NCBI GenBank assembly: GCA_026025075.1 | Contig: JAPEUI010000039.1 | Span: 1 to 64,000 of the forward strand | Direction of reading: 5' to 3' | Source of the DNA: Vezdaea acicularis | Lineage: Eukaryota | DNA: 64,000 nucleotides | In this document: positions 11,897 to 24,736 of the stretch, one piece after another | Layout of the letters: every line of letters starts with the position of its first letter | Numbering within the stretch: position 1 is the stretch's first letter | Translations under genes and position numbers: made by a program | Notes under the pieces: generated by a model | Told to the model about the DNA's origin: nothing | Databases searched by the model: none | Seen by the model: the letters and a program-made list of their open reading frames with translations, nothing else

Positions 11897-13759
11897 TCAA
11901 GTCTTCGCGTTACTTAATACGTGCGACCATGTTTCAACCCCGTCAATGAAAAGTCGAAACCTTAATTCACTTTGCCTATCGGGCGAAGGCGCTGCAATTT
12001 CTATGGCTCCAAATTTGCTGTTTCCGTCGGGCAAATACCTAGAGAATATTACTGCTATATCAATGCGCAGAACCAGGGGACAAACTTGATCGCCACATCT
12101 TCTTCGTCCATCTGAGCGTATGTACGGACGGGTAGGTAGAATTGACTAAGCGGACTTGTTGAAAACTCGTGGACGGTGGCTGACCTAGGCCATTTGCCTC
12201 CCTTGGGTGGTGGAAAGGCCGTGGCTGCGAACTCATGACGATCTCCAGACAGAACGACTATTTGGATTTCACCACTGGACCCAACATCCCACATGGATTT
12301 TAGGATTACTTGCCGTTCCGCAAGATACCCGCCCCAAGTGTCCTGAGTACCTACCTGCCAGTTCTTGGTGAAAGGGACGGAAGAAACTATGATCTTCCAT
12401 CGAATGCCAGAAGGAACCGGTTTGTAAAGCCAAGCAAGGAGGTCTTCAAGTTGCTGAGCGCCAAGCATAGTTTTTGAGCTTGAATTGGAAGGTGCGGCGA
12501 ATTCTGAGGATCTATAACGACGGGTGTCGAGCAGGAAGAAGGCCGCTGGACCATGTACGAAGGAGAAATAAGAAGCCTCGGGTCTTACCTTGGGAGGGTT
12601 CACTGAGACATGATAGTTGATCCAAGGATCTGCCGCCGCAACATATAGACCAGTCGTATTTTTGTCCCAATCATTCGCAATCTCATGGTCATCTAGGACA
12701 TGGATCCATGGCAGGTTCTCGGAAACAGAAGGCCAATCAGGAGAGTTGTATACCATGCGATATTCTTGTCGATAAGTCTCGATATCAGCACCAAACCGTC
12801 GTGGAACGTCGATGTATATAAAGTCCCCAAGAAAGAGCATGAATTGAGGATGTAGCCTCGAGATCCAAGGGCTCAGATGTCGAAATCCTGGAATTACAAG
12901 AGGGTGATGGAGTGGATTATACGGAAAGTGCGGCTTGATACAGCTCGAGGTGAAGAAAGTGAAGAGGTCATCGGTTTTCGTTGATGTTCGACCGGGTTCA
13001 TGGGCGGTCTTGAAAAATCCCGTGTGATTGTTAGAAGTCTTATATTGATAATAAGTATCCGGTCTCAGACGAGAAATTGTTAGTGGCATAGTAAAGTCCG
13101 TATCCTTAGATAGCGCCGAAACCGTGGCGCCTATATTCCAAGGCCCTGCGTGATCAACATTTGCCGACGACTTTACTATGCGATGTGAGAGAACAATAGG
13201 TAAATTAGACAGCACCGGCTCCCGAACCAATACTCTTGCGCTATGATCAGAAACAAACCCGACCCGAGAGAACGCGAGGTCGTGACTGGAATACAGAAGG
13301 TGTCCTCGAAACACCACGTCAATAACTGCTAAAGTAAGGAAGATATTGATCGCGGCAACTGTACAGCTCAGGATCTTGGAGCTGCAGATAGGCAGTCCGA
13401 GAAATATAGCCTTTAGGAACGATCGAATTGTATTTGATCGTCCGTTCGGTCTCTCTTTAGGTTCCCCGTTCCTCAGAGTCCGATGAGGAGTAGCAAAATA
13501 AATTACAATGAATGATGATAGATAGATTGCCAGTAAAGAATATATTGTAGGGGGGAAATGCTGTTGGACATCAGCCACAGACAGTCAATCTTGCCGACAA
13601 CTACTGACATGACCAGGTATCTGGAAAATTTCATTAGATCCTGGATATCCAGATGCTGTCACGTTTACGGAGGTTTTTACAGACCCATCGGAAAAACACG
13701 TACGCTGCTAGGCGTAAAGACGTGGAGCTTATACCAGCCAAGAGTGATAAGAGAGACAT
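11897..13759 (-). CDS. PhoD-like alkaline phosphatase family membrane protein
   Basis: FLGDFIYID, LDDHEIANDW, LDTRRYRS, LSGDRHE metallophosphatase motifs; exon 1 13759-13685, 12-nt microexon 13620-13609, last exon YLPDGNSKFGA ending 11897. Confidence 0.88.
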
Positions 13760-14796
13760 AATAAGAAGTTCAGTCTCCCAAATGTCCGAGCCTTCAGAGA
13801 GTGCGGGAGGCTATGCTGTTGATTGGGATAGCCTGCTTGAATCACATGGTTACAGGAGAAGTAAGTGTTTTGAAAGATGGTATTGAGGCCGATGTCATTA
13901 GTCTCGCACACGCAGAATGTTCTATCGCTTGCAAACCCTTTTGAAGCACTGAATCTGCCTGAATACTCCATATCTTTCACGTCATAGACTGTAACTGCTC
14001 TGCAATGTGATTCTTGATTTACAAAAATATCTGAGTCTATCTGGTGCCATCGGACTCTCCTCAAGATGGCCCGGTTTTTGGGGAGAGTGACCTCGCTTCG
14101 CTTTGTTTGCGTGTGCAAGTTGAGGGATCTCTTGAGAGCCATGGCGAGCAGATAAGTTTGAGAATGAGTAAACCTGTAACTGAGACGATAGAATACTATG
14201 GACTTGTTGTATGGCGCTTCCCCGCTTCCTCGTATAGCGATGGCTACGTGATGCTCGGGTTTACCGCAGCTTGGGTAGAGTTCGACTCCTATCCGACCGA
14301 GGCTAACCAGATGCTCGTCTATCGCGTCTGGTCGCTACTGTAGCAAAGAGCGTGGCTCTCACGCTGATCTGTTGATTATCAAACGCCCACGGCACCAGTG
14401 TCTCATTTTCCGCTTTGAGTGATCCGTGCTCCTGGCGTCGTGTACAGCGGAATCGTATCGCGGCAGTCACAAGCTGATATGGACTGTCCGATCAAAGGTG
14501 CGATCAAGAGCTTCACGGACTGTCCTTCACTCCTCAACTCAATCGCATCGACGTCAAGCGATCCAATCACGGCCGACGTCCTCATGGTTCGAGCACAGTG
14601 CGCCAGTCTTTCCTGCGCTTCGCCTTGCATTCTGGACAGGCTTCACGACTTGCCAACGCATCTCCCGTCAAGTGCTCTGTTCAACATGCAAAGATATCGC
14701 TGGCTTTGCATTTCCGCCGTTGATTGCCACACGCGCTCCTGTAAAGCATGCCCCAGCTAATTTCCACCCTCGCTCTCATTCGATAATTGTCCGTGG

Positions 14797-16302
14797 ATGA
14801 TTGGGAGAATGTCCGAAGCGGTGCGGCCTGCATTCACCGGCGACGATGCGGACCATTCTAACTCTCATTGCGAGGAGCGACCAAGCAGAATCCCAGCTGG
14901 TATTCGCCCATCTTCCCGTGGGGCTTCCATCGTCGATTCTCTCGAGTCCGCTCGCGATCCAAGAAGACATTCTGTACCGGCATTGAACTTCCTCTTACCC
15001 CAGCATTGGAGTCGGAACGCATCGATCGCATCGCTGGTTGAGTCGGAGCAGCCGGCCATTGCGAGGCTGAGTCGTGTTGACGCGAGTATTGCGGATCAAA
15101 GCGATGCAGCACTGAGAAGCCTTGACGGGATTTCGAGAAGGAGAACTCGCCATGTGCGATCTATCGTGACGGGCAGCCCAGGCTTCGTCCAGCCAGTCGT
15201 CGTTCGCACCTACCAACAAGCCACAAGAGCGAGATCGCAGTCGAGACAGAGGGTAGCGCCAAGATACGAGAGTAACAACATGGATCCAAGCCGTCTACCA
15301 TCCATCACCGATTTCACTTTTGAATCTATTATGAGGACCATTGAACCCGAGGTTTCTGGTACCATCGATGCTATTGCCGATATCTGCGCCAACAGTCGGT
15401 ACAGTCTTGCAAATCAGTACGAGGTCCATATCCCCCCCCATAGCCGCATGGAGGGAACTGTGCGAGCTATGGAACATTCGTTGGTGCCAGTGTCTGAGGC
15501 TACCTCAGAGGGTGACAGTGCCAGTCCAACTCACTCACGCAAAGGTGGAGATACGGAACTAATCGATGTTGAGACACAAAAGGCTCTTGACGAAGCTGCG
15601 AAGGAAAGGTTGACTACGAGTACATTGTCAGTGGGAGAAGGGCTTCGCAGCTCTGAGAAGGTCAAGCTAAACGGAGGTTTGGGGAGCGTATCGGCTCTAA
15701 CTAGTCATCAGGAGTGCGGAGACGAACAATTTCAGTCGATACCCTCTGCTAAGGTTGCCGCAACGGGTCGGCCAGCGGGGCCTAGAACATGGCATGAGGG
15801 AGATCATAGCCCTCCCCTTGTGGAATCAGCATTGGGCTCGAGCGATCCAAATGAAGTTGACACTTCTCATAGTTGCCACCTCACTGATCGTATCTCCCTA
15901 CGACCTTTTGCGCGCATGTCTGGCTTGGAATCCTATTTGGCACCGACTCAAAATACGATTAGATCTTCAGGCTCCCCTTCAGTTCTGGAGAACTTGATCG
16001 CCCAACCAGCCCCTCAGGTCATGACTGAAATTCAGACTGCGGTCGTGTCCGGCTCCGGATCTACAATATACGACGCTGCCTCCAGTAGACATGATTTGGA
16101 GGTATCTGGTGCAATGCAGGCGGTCTCAATTGTCCACAAAGAGAATGCTCGACGGGCCTCACTTTTTACCTCCATCTCCTCTTGGTTCCTAGCACCCAAT
16201 AGTGAGGGGAGGCATGGCGAAAATCGGGCAACACTACAAAGCGCCGAACTCGGCGCGGAGGGTACCTTGCGGACCCTCCTCAAATGTCGTGCAGAAGTCT
16301 AG
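14797..16302 (+). CDS. Hypothetical protein (501 aa, mostly low complexity)
   Basis: Long uninterrupted ATG ORF; ordered-looking core LPSITDFTFESIMRTIEPEVSGTIDAIADICANSRYSLANQY. Confidence 0.7.
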   Translation: MIGRMSEAVRPAFTGDDADHSNSHCEERPSRIPAGIRPSSRGASIVDSLESARDPRRHSVPALNFLLPQHWSRNASIASLVESEQPAIARLSRVDASIADQSDAALRSLDGISRRRTRHVRSIVTGSPGFVQPVVVRTYQQATRARSQSRQRVAPRYESNNMDPSRLPSITDFTFESIMRTIEPEVSGTIDAIADICANSRYSLANQYEVHIPPHSRMEGTVRAMEHSLVPVSEATSEGDSASPTHSRKGGDTELIDVETQKALDEAAKERLTTSTLSVGEGLRSSEKVKLNGGLGSVSALTSHQECGDEQFQSIPSAKVAATGRPAGPRTWHEGDHSPPLVESALGSSDPNEVDTSHSCHLTDRISLRPFARMSGLESYLAPTQNTIRSSGSPSVLENLIAQPAPQVMTEIQTAVVSGSGSTIYDAASSRHDLEVSGAMQAVSIVHKENARRASLFTSISSWFLAPNSEGRHGENRATLQSAELGAEGTLRTLLKCRAEV

Positions 16303-16377
16303 AGCAACACCAGGGATGCTATTTCAAACGATCGAATTACTATAGCGCATCAGATGCCTATCAAAGGTGTTAAAGGC

Positions 16378-19330
16378 TCACTTATCCTGTGTAGGCCCTC
16401 TAAGCTTTAGGTTCGTGACCCTGTTTACCAGGTTTGAGCCGACTGCATCAACCATACCACGAGGTTGCATCAGACTAGGGCCTTCTTTGCCAACTTCTTG
16501 GACACGAAACAACCGGGTTACAGTTCCGTTCCAGACTCCAACAGTGCCTTGTGTCGAAACATCCATTTCTGCGGTGAATATTAAACTCCATAATAGAGAC
16601 TCGTACCATCCTAGAGATAGCGGCGACCATTCGAAAAGGTGTACGTAAATAGGAGATGCTTCGAGATTCGAAGGTTGTGCAGAATCTAGTATGGAGCTGA
16701 CAGCCGTTGGGGTGTACGAAGAGTCTAGCTGTGGTGTAAGTTCCGACACAAGGGTAAGGAGTGTATGTAAGGGAAGAAGTGGAAGCCAATTTTTAAGCTT
16801 CGGATTCATTAGCCGGATGCCGGAGGTCGGGTCTAAGAGCTTACCCATTCTGCAGTTGGTACGAAACCGATCGATGGTGAAGAGGCCCCTGCGGAGTGGG
16901 AATCAATGCTAGTGGTGCTATGCTGACGAGAGAATGTGGTCGCACCCGCAGGCATTTTCCCACGCGCTTTCTCAGACATGCCACGGACTTGCGAGGGCAC
17001 AGCCTCATCGATGGATGACGAGAAGGAAGGCGTCTGTGAAGTTCGCCGAGGTGGAGAGGATGGCGTTGTCAATGGATGAATCTCGTGTCCGTCGTCCGAC
17101 TCCTCATCATCACCTATGGCAAAGGCATCGTCGTTCTCCGGAACATTTTGGAGTGTGTATGTCCGAGCACAAACGCTAGCCGGGCTCCGAACACTTTCCA
17201 TTGAGCTCTTTTGCGTGCTTGTGTCCAAATCTAATTCTAGCGAATCACTTTTCCCGAGCCTTCCAATACGGTCGGCCTGATGTTGCCCAGTCTCTAGACT
17301 GAACATACGCAAAGCTTCTATCTTTTTTCTTGAACGCAGAACGGCGTAGGCAAAATTTGGATTCTCTGATTTTGATCAGAACACAAGCAATTCAAAGATT
17401 GATAGTCTAGTAGCTTACTCGTATATTGATGTTCCACAATCGCGTTCATCGATTCCAGTAGAGACTCTAGTAAATTATGGTTTGATTCATTGGCGAGGAG
17501 AAACCCTGGCGAAGACATCAATCCGAAGAGCTGTAAAAGCTTCCCACTCGATGCTGCATTGAGATTTTCTAGATAGGCGGCAACATTATTGATGATTGCT
17601 AGAAGGGCTGGATACAATGTACTCAGAGCACCTTTACTAGTCATAATGAGCGAGTGGATCGACTACCACCAATTAGCTTGAATATTACGTTAAATGGTGC
17701 ACTCCCTTACGTGCGACTTACAATAATCAAGAAATCCGCATATGTTCCGAAAAAATTAGGAATTCTCATGCTCTGCGGCAAAGATTCTTGTCCCTCAAAT
17801 TTCTTATTTAGCCCCACTCCAAAGCTTGGTTCCGCACTCAGTGTCTGCAACACAAAGGCACACATCCTTACTACCCCATTTCTAGAGGGGTCTAGCTTGT
17901 ACTCCATTGCATGGAAGAGGAGCACAACTACAAAGTCATGGGAACGGTTTGTGTCAATTATGAATGATCGAAAGCGTTTGTTTGACTGCAGAGCTTCCCA
18001 GAATAGCATAATCATTTCAGGTGCCCATTTTAAAGACTTCTGGCTTCCCGGAAGATAGGATGAATTTGCGTTCATCTGACAGGTATAGGCTTAGCTAGCA
18101 TTTGTTCAGATTTCATCGAGGACGTACCGGTTGCTGCAAGATCCTAGTCATGCCACTAACGAGGAATTGAAAGTCCTGAGGTCGGTGTAGGCGGCCTAGG
18201 AAATGACGATAGTAGTTCTTGGACGCAGAGAGTTCCGCAACTTCTGGTATTGGGTAGATTATTAGGACGAGAAGAAGCTGTAGTGAATATGTAACAAGGG
18301 TCTGTCTCGGATCTTTGAAAACAACGTGGTCATACGGTATGCTCCAACTGACAGGGTTGAATTTAAGAGTCTGTAATCAATCAGCTACGCTAATGAAGAA
18401 GAGGGCGTGTTACTCGCCGTATTCAATAATGAACAAAGGACGGAGAGAACTAGCTGCTTATTAGTGGATGAAGCAAGGTAAGTGATGGCTTCAACTCCGG
18501 TGACCGGTAATGAGCCTTCAATCATCAGTTTATCAGAAGCAACGCGTAGGCTTACTGGACCTACTTGCTGGCATGTACATCGCTTTACTCGTGAGCGTAA
18601 GGAGCAATCGTAAGACTTCCGACCTGTTGCTCTCAAACTCTTTACTTGACCCTACAGCATTGTTGCAGCCAACTCCGCTCTGCCATATTGAGTAGGTGAC
18701 CTTGCCATTGCCCGTATGAGGTCTTGGTAGGGTAAACTCAGCAAAGAATAGAAAGTCTACGAGCACGTCCAGCAACTCATGTCCAAGAGGCTTTAACTCT
18801 TTACACTCCTCCTCCGATGGATTGATGGGCGTTTCATCTTCTGGCTTTGCATTGTCAAAAAGAACTTCTGTGCGGCCATCACTGTGTCTTTGGGCACATT
18901 GCTCCCGAAGCTTCCAAAAGAATTCGTCTTCCCATTGCTCCAAATGATCTGCCTCATAGATAAAGGGCAAGAGTCGGGTCAGAATTCTAATACAGTTAAG
19001 AGCATCTTTCTCAGGCAGTGTCTCGGTATCGGGAAATGAAGGGTTCTGCCTCAGCCAAAGCAATCGCGATATAACTTTTGAGATTAGCGTCTTGAAGTTT
19101 GCTGGCGATTTGTCTCTCGTTCGTCGAATATCAGTCGTTGAGAATAGCGTAAAGACATCTTCTGGACGTTCAGGTAGCTCCCAAAACTGCAAAAGTAGTC
19201 AGTACAGCCGACCATATCATCCAGACACACTCACAGAGTTCCAGAAAGGGTCATCCATGGGAATATGCTGCTCTTCTGACAACCGGAAAATGCCCTTTTT
19301 GAAGACCAGTTTGGAGTCCGAAGCACCCAT
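16378..19330 (-). CDS. HID1/Ecm30 family protein
   Basis: MGASDSKLVFKKGIFRL N-terminus, FWELPE, IWQSGVGC, FEWSPLSLGWYESLLW; many GT-AG introns. Confidence 0.85.
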
Positions 19331-19870
19331 TATGACGAGCGACAAGCAACATTAGATAGTCGCGGCTATCTACGAGCTTACTCAAGTTGAGTCTCTGGCA
19401 CTACCTGCTCGTCATTGTAAGGTGACCATAAGTACTGCACGAAATGTGGAAAGCATGTTTCCATGTTTCGGCTCACTGGCTTTAAATAAGTAGGGCACTG
19501 CTTCATAACTTAAATATCGTCTAACTAGCTGCAAGTTGTCTACTTGACCTTGTTGGTCTTAGGTTGCGCTTGCAAGTGTCTCGTATTCAAAAGTAGCTCA
19601 TGTTTACACTGTAGTGGTGTATAGATCCAAAAATCACGTGCCCGTAGTTCCTTCGTTACCTGAAGGTCTTTCTATTATCCCTAGGCCTCTACATTCAATG
19701 AAGAGAAAAGGACAAGTCTTGCTCCCGTTACTATTAAGTTTTCAAGCTCTATATCAAATGAGAGCGCACATCCTATACATTTGCCGACAATGCACAAGCT
19801 ATGGCTTCGTCAGACCCTAGAAAATATTGATTCCCGTTCGAAGATCAGATACCAGTAGACTGCACCACTA

Positions 19871-21723
19871 CTATATGTATTTATATGGATTCATGATTCC
19901 ATTCTGTAGCGTTATCAGATGGTTGATTGACACTTTTTAATGGAGAAGTACTTACAGGGTCGTAGGTTTTTTTGAGGTCCTTCATAAGCCTTACCATTGT
20001 CTCACTCCGGCTATACGATATGTATGGTTTCTTTGCAACTCCCAGTCCATGCTCAGCACTAATACTACCTCCATGTTTCTGGATCCATTCATAAACGAAT
20101 GGCTCCAGCTCTTGCTCGACAGCCTTATCGTATCTTCTCGTGGCCACGTTAAGGTGCAGATTAGAATCTCCCATATGGCCATATCCTACAACATCAACGA
20201 CCGGATGTGTTCCGTCCTCCCCAATTAACCCTGCTGATAGCAGTTTCTCCTTTGTATCCCCTACGAGATCGTATAGTTGAGAAAGAGGTATCGAGACGTC
20301 GTACTTGTAGACCCCGCCCCAGTGGCCAAGGCATTCTGGAACCCTTTCGCGCCACGACCAAAGTGACCTGACCTGCGTCTCATCTTGTGCTACAACTCCA
20401 TCGGAAACTATTCCTTCGTTGAGGACGTACTCCAAATATTTTTCTAATTTCTTTGATACCGTCAATTCATTTTAAAGAATACATACTTAGCAGTGCACGT
20501 ACCTCATCATCGTGTTCCTTGTTCGAACCACTAGTTTCAATGAGACAATAAAATGGGAATTCATGTTCCAAGGGTGGCTTGTTTCCCGTCACTTGGTAAA
20601 CTAAATTTTGACTTGGACTATCCATCAATTCAAAAGCCGAAAGAATTTCGGAAAGCTGACTCTTTGCTTCTCTGAAAGCCCTTTGAACTTTTTCAAAGCT
20701 CTCTAGGCCGAAGAAAGCTACGTTTATTGCCTTGGGTCTTTGAGGACACAGTATGGAAACAGCTGTTATGATGCCTATTGTACCTTCTGATCCAATGAAG
20801 AGCTGCTTCAAATCGTAACCAGTATTATTCTTCCTTAATTTGGAAAGATCATCGACAATGGTCCCGTCGGGCAGAACAGCCTCGATCCCAAGGACGTTTC
20901 CATGAAGACTTCCGTAACGCAGTAATCGAAGCCCTCCAGCATTAGTAGCAACATTCCCTCCAATGTGGCACGAACCCTTTGCTCCGAGGTCTAGAGGGAA
21001 GATATGGCTCCTTTCGGCCAGGTAGTTATCAACAACTTCCAGAACACAACCGGCATCTACGACAAGGGCTCCAGAAGTTTCATCGAAAGACCTGATTCTA
21101 TTCATTCGACCGGTGCTAATGACGATCTCATCAAATATAGGGACAGATCCTCCAACTAACCCTGAATTTCCACCTTGAGGTACAACCGCAAGTGAGTTGT
21201 CATTGCAGTATTTTAATATCTTGCTGACCTCTTCCGGATTTTCGGGCTTCAAAACCAATTTCGATTGGCCACGATATTTGCGCATCCAATCGGTATTGAA
21301 CGCTTCCAGATCTTCAGTAGCATCTGCGGAAACACCATCGATAATGGCCGAACCGGAACCGACGACAGCCCTGAAATATTCAACGTTTTTCGTAGAAAGC
21401 TATTAAACGAGCATAAGCTAGCATACCTGGTCGTTGTGAGCTAATAGCATACCTTAGCAAAGTTGGCGGAGCGCTGGATATCTGGATATCTGGCACGTAA
21501 CTCAGACAGAAGATCGTGTGAAAGCAAGAATCAATACCTACGATTCAGATGTAAGCTTAACGCCATTCGTCGCACTCGCTATGCCTCTAGCATTCACAAA
21601 TGAGATTTGTTCTGGCACATTCCGGCATCCAGTGTTCGCTTGACGAGCTGTCATAAGAGGATACAACAAGGGTAAACATTGCGCTCTTCCTATGAGGTTT
21701 TTCCCTCGCACACTAAGAGCCAT
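19871..21723 (-). CDS. DLD2: FAD-linked D-2-hydroxyglutarate/D-lactate dehydrogenase, mitochondrial
   Basis: [51 protein letters not shown], spliced end [13 protein letters not shown]. Confidence 0.9.
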
Positions 21724-22033
21724 AGCATTAACCCAGAGCAGTTCTGCCGCGCGATTGGTCGAGATTAGGGCTTACGCAGCGTAGAAGCCCGAAGGCACAG
21801 GAAACATCGATGCCTCGTTGGAGAAAATGTGATTGGTGATGATGTCAAAGTACGCTTAGTCATCCAAGGGAGTTTCACTAAATGCGCGCTAGCAAAGCGA
21901 AGCTATCATAAACTCATGCAGGCAGAAACGGAACGCGACTCGTTTATATATTGCCCAATAAACCCGCTGTTCAAGCATACAGTCAAAGCTCAAATCAATC
22001 AAAATACAAACCAATTTAGTAATCCCCATAATA

Positions 22034-23079
22034 ATGAGCTCAGGTTATGATCGAGCATTGTCAGGTTTGTATATGGATTCCCTTGCTTAGCTTACCTCTG
22101 GCATTGTCAATTTACTAATGTCATGACATGCAGTCTTCAGGTATTAAACCCTTAACCAGCGTAATCAGATGTCTCCCTAACACCACCGTTCAACAAGCCC
22201 GGATGGCCATGTCTTCCAGGTTGAATATGCTCTTGAAGCTGTCAAAAGAGGTCTGTCCCTCATGCCCCGCACTGGAACTTTGCAGATCCCCTCTCATGCC
22301 CCTAAAGGAACATGTGCTGTAGGAATCAAAGGCAAGGATATTGCAGTACTCGGGTGCGAAAAGCGGTCCGCGATGAAACTACAAGATACCCGTATTACTC
22401 CATCAAAGATCGGTCTCGTTGATACGCATGTTTGCTTGGCTTTTGCTGGATTAAATGCAGATGCCAGAATCTTGATCGACAAAGCTCGCCTAGAGGCTCA
22501 ATCACATCGCCTGACTGTAGAGGACCCAGTTACCATCGAGTACATAACAAAATATATTGCTGGGGTACAGCAACGATATACCCAAAGTGGAGGTGTTCGT
22601 CCATTTGGCATAAGTACTTTAATTGTTGGCTTCGATAAGGGCGATAAAACCCCTCGACTCTACCAAACCGAGCCTTCTGGTATTTACTCTGCTTGGTAGG
22701 GCATTTTAAACCCGTTCTATGATTGAGAGATGTCCTGATAAGTCTTAGGAAAGCAAATGCCATTGGTCGGTCCAGCAAAACAGTACGAGAGTTTCTAGAG
22801 CGTAACCATAAAGATGACATGGATCGGGAGGAAACAATAAAGCTTACAGTCAAATCGCTTCTTGAGGTCGTTCAAACAGGCGCCAAGAACATCGAGATTG
22901 CGATCATGGCCCCCGGAAAAGTGATAGAGATGTTACCAGTGGACGATATCGAGACCTATGTCAAAAACATTGAGGCTGAAAAGCAAGAGGAGGCCGCGAA
23001 GAAGAAAACAGGGCGGACACCAGGGACGGGATCGGCTGCGATACTCACTCGTCAAGGTGGCGAAGGCAGCGACACCTGA
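22034..23079 (+). CDS. PRE6: 20S proteasome subunit alpha-4
   Basis: Spliced [31 protein letters not shown] (7-nt microexon 22134-22140), [14 protein letters not shown]. Confidence 0.95.
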
Positions 23080-23305
23080 AGGAGATCGAACTGTATGGGT
23101 GCTGCATTTAGCTAGACGGTGACTACGGAGCGTTACATTAGATTATGAGTAATACTTCAATGTATTCTCTAGTACAAACGGCATGCAGCACTGTGAACAG
23201 TGCTAATCTTCAACAAACTCCGGATCTTTCCTTGCAGTGATGGCTACCCAAAGCAGATATGTTTTAGCACCCTCAAGATTTCCCTCCACTTGTACTTTAC
23301 ATGTA

Positions 23306-23971
23306 CTAGCCCAAGCGGTTGGCATCATCTCTCGAAGTGAAAATTGAACGCTCTTGTTCCCCACGTATGCGATCATCTTTTAACATTCTGCCGTTCCACA
23401 GTTAGCAAGAAACCTCTGCTCATTATTATTTGCACAAACCTAGAATCAATTCGCACGTCTTCGCCTTCAACCTTGAGGGTTGGCTTTGGCGTAATGGCTT
23501 CAATCACAAAATGATTATCGCAGTGTGGACAGTACTCATCGCTGGCCTCAAAGGTTAGCATTGCCATATTCAGCATACTACCCCTGAGCACTTACCTCTC
23601 ATCAAACTCCTGAGCGTCCTTTCGAAAACATTTTTTGCATTTCTTACATGCAAATGTCTACAGGAGAATTTCAGTACCAACCAAGAACACAGTAACGTCT
23701 TTACAGACCATATCGAGTTTTTGTTGCAGAGGGTGGTCTTCTTGTTCAAGGTGACATTCAGCACAATCAAACCACTTGCGGCCTATAGGAAGTGTGAATT
23801 TAGTATGTAAATCTCGTGATAAGCTACAGCTAAGTCGTTGCCACGCACAACAAGGTGATCTGATAGACACCTGCGTATTCAAAATGTGCTTGCTAGATAT
23901 AATGAAAGGTATGAGCCTGGATGTTTCCGTCGTGATTGCAATCTACGAGAACAATAGATGACTTACCACAT
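23306..23971 (-). CDS. CHY zinc-finger protein
   Basis: Spliced MCKHILNTQVSIRSPCCRKWFDCAECH...FACKKCKKCFRKD...YCPHCDNHF; several short exons. Confidence 0.85.
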
Positions 23972-24736
23972 CGTGGCAATCTCCTCGAGCTCTATTCTAT
24001 CAAACTCTCGTTCTATAATTTAACTTTCTTGATGTTCCGAGGAAGGTAGCAACACGAAAGTGATCACATATTCGATTCTCATGGTGAGACGTTCATGCAG
24101 CAAGCCCACATGCGAAAGCCTCACGCTAGACAAGGGGACGCGCCCCCGCGTTGACTCTTAGGCTGATTGCCGGGAAAATATTATGCCACGCTCCGTTAAA
24201 CCACTAAACTTCCACCTGTTCATCCCCCTCTCGATGACTTGGCTATTTAGACTGGATTATGCAAGAAAATTTTTCCTCGGTCAGAGAAGATAGCTACAAC
24301 TAAACGGGAGGAGCTCTATAGCTATATTTTTGCTTCGAAGTACGAAAGATCTATACCAAGCTTACTAAGGTCTAACGTTTTTTCGGGCAGCTCTAGAGCT
24401 ATCGACTCTCCCTATATTCCTAATCAACGCCCAAAGGGGTGCAGTTCAGCCCAATACACCAAAATTTGTCTGAATGATTCACCTGAATCTGTAACCTGTT
24501 GGAGTGCCTCAAATTCATTCTAGATCGTCCTTACACAGTTATCGCACACTTTGACCCGCCAATCAGGAACACTGGTGCGGCGGTGTGTCCACAGCAAATG
24601 GGAGCCCTTTCTTGCATTGCTGGGATTGTTTCCACCGTCAATTCTGATTGACAGTGCCCTTATATGTGTTCTTTGAATGGTTCGTACCATTTGCAAGTCA
24701 CGTTCTGCCAGTACCAGATGATTTATCATCGCAACT

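Noticed and set aside
14262..14300. tRNA-like GTTCGACTC motif
   Set aside because: T-stem does not pair and no acceptor, D or anticodon arms can be built.
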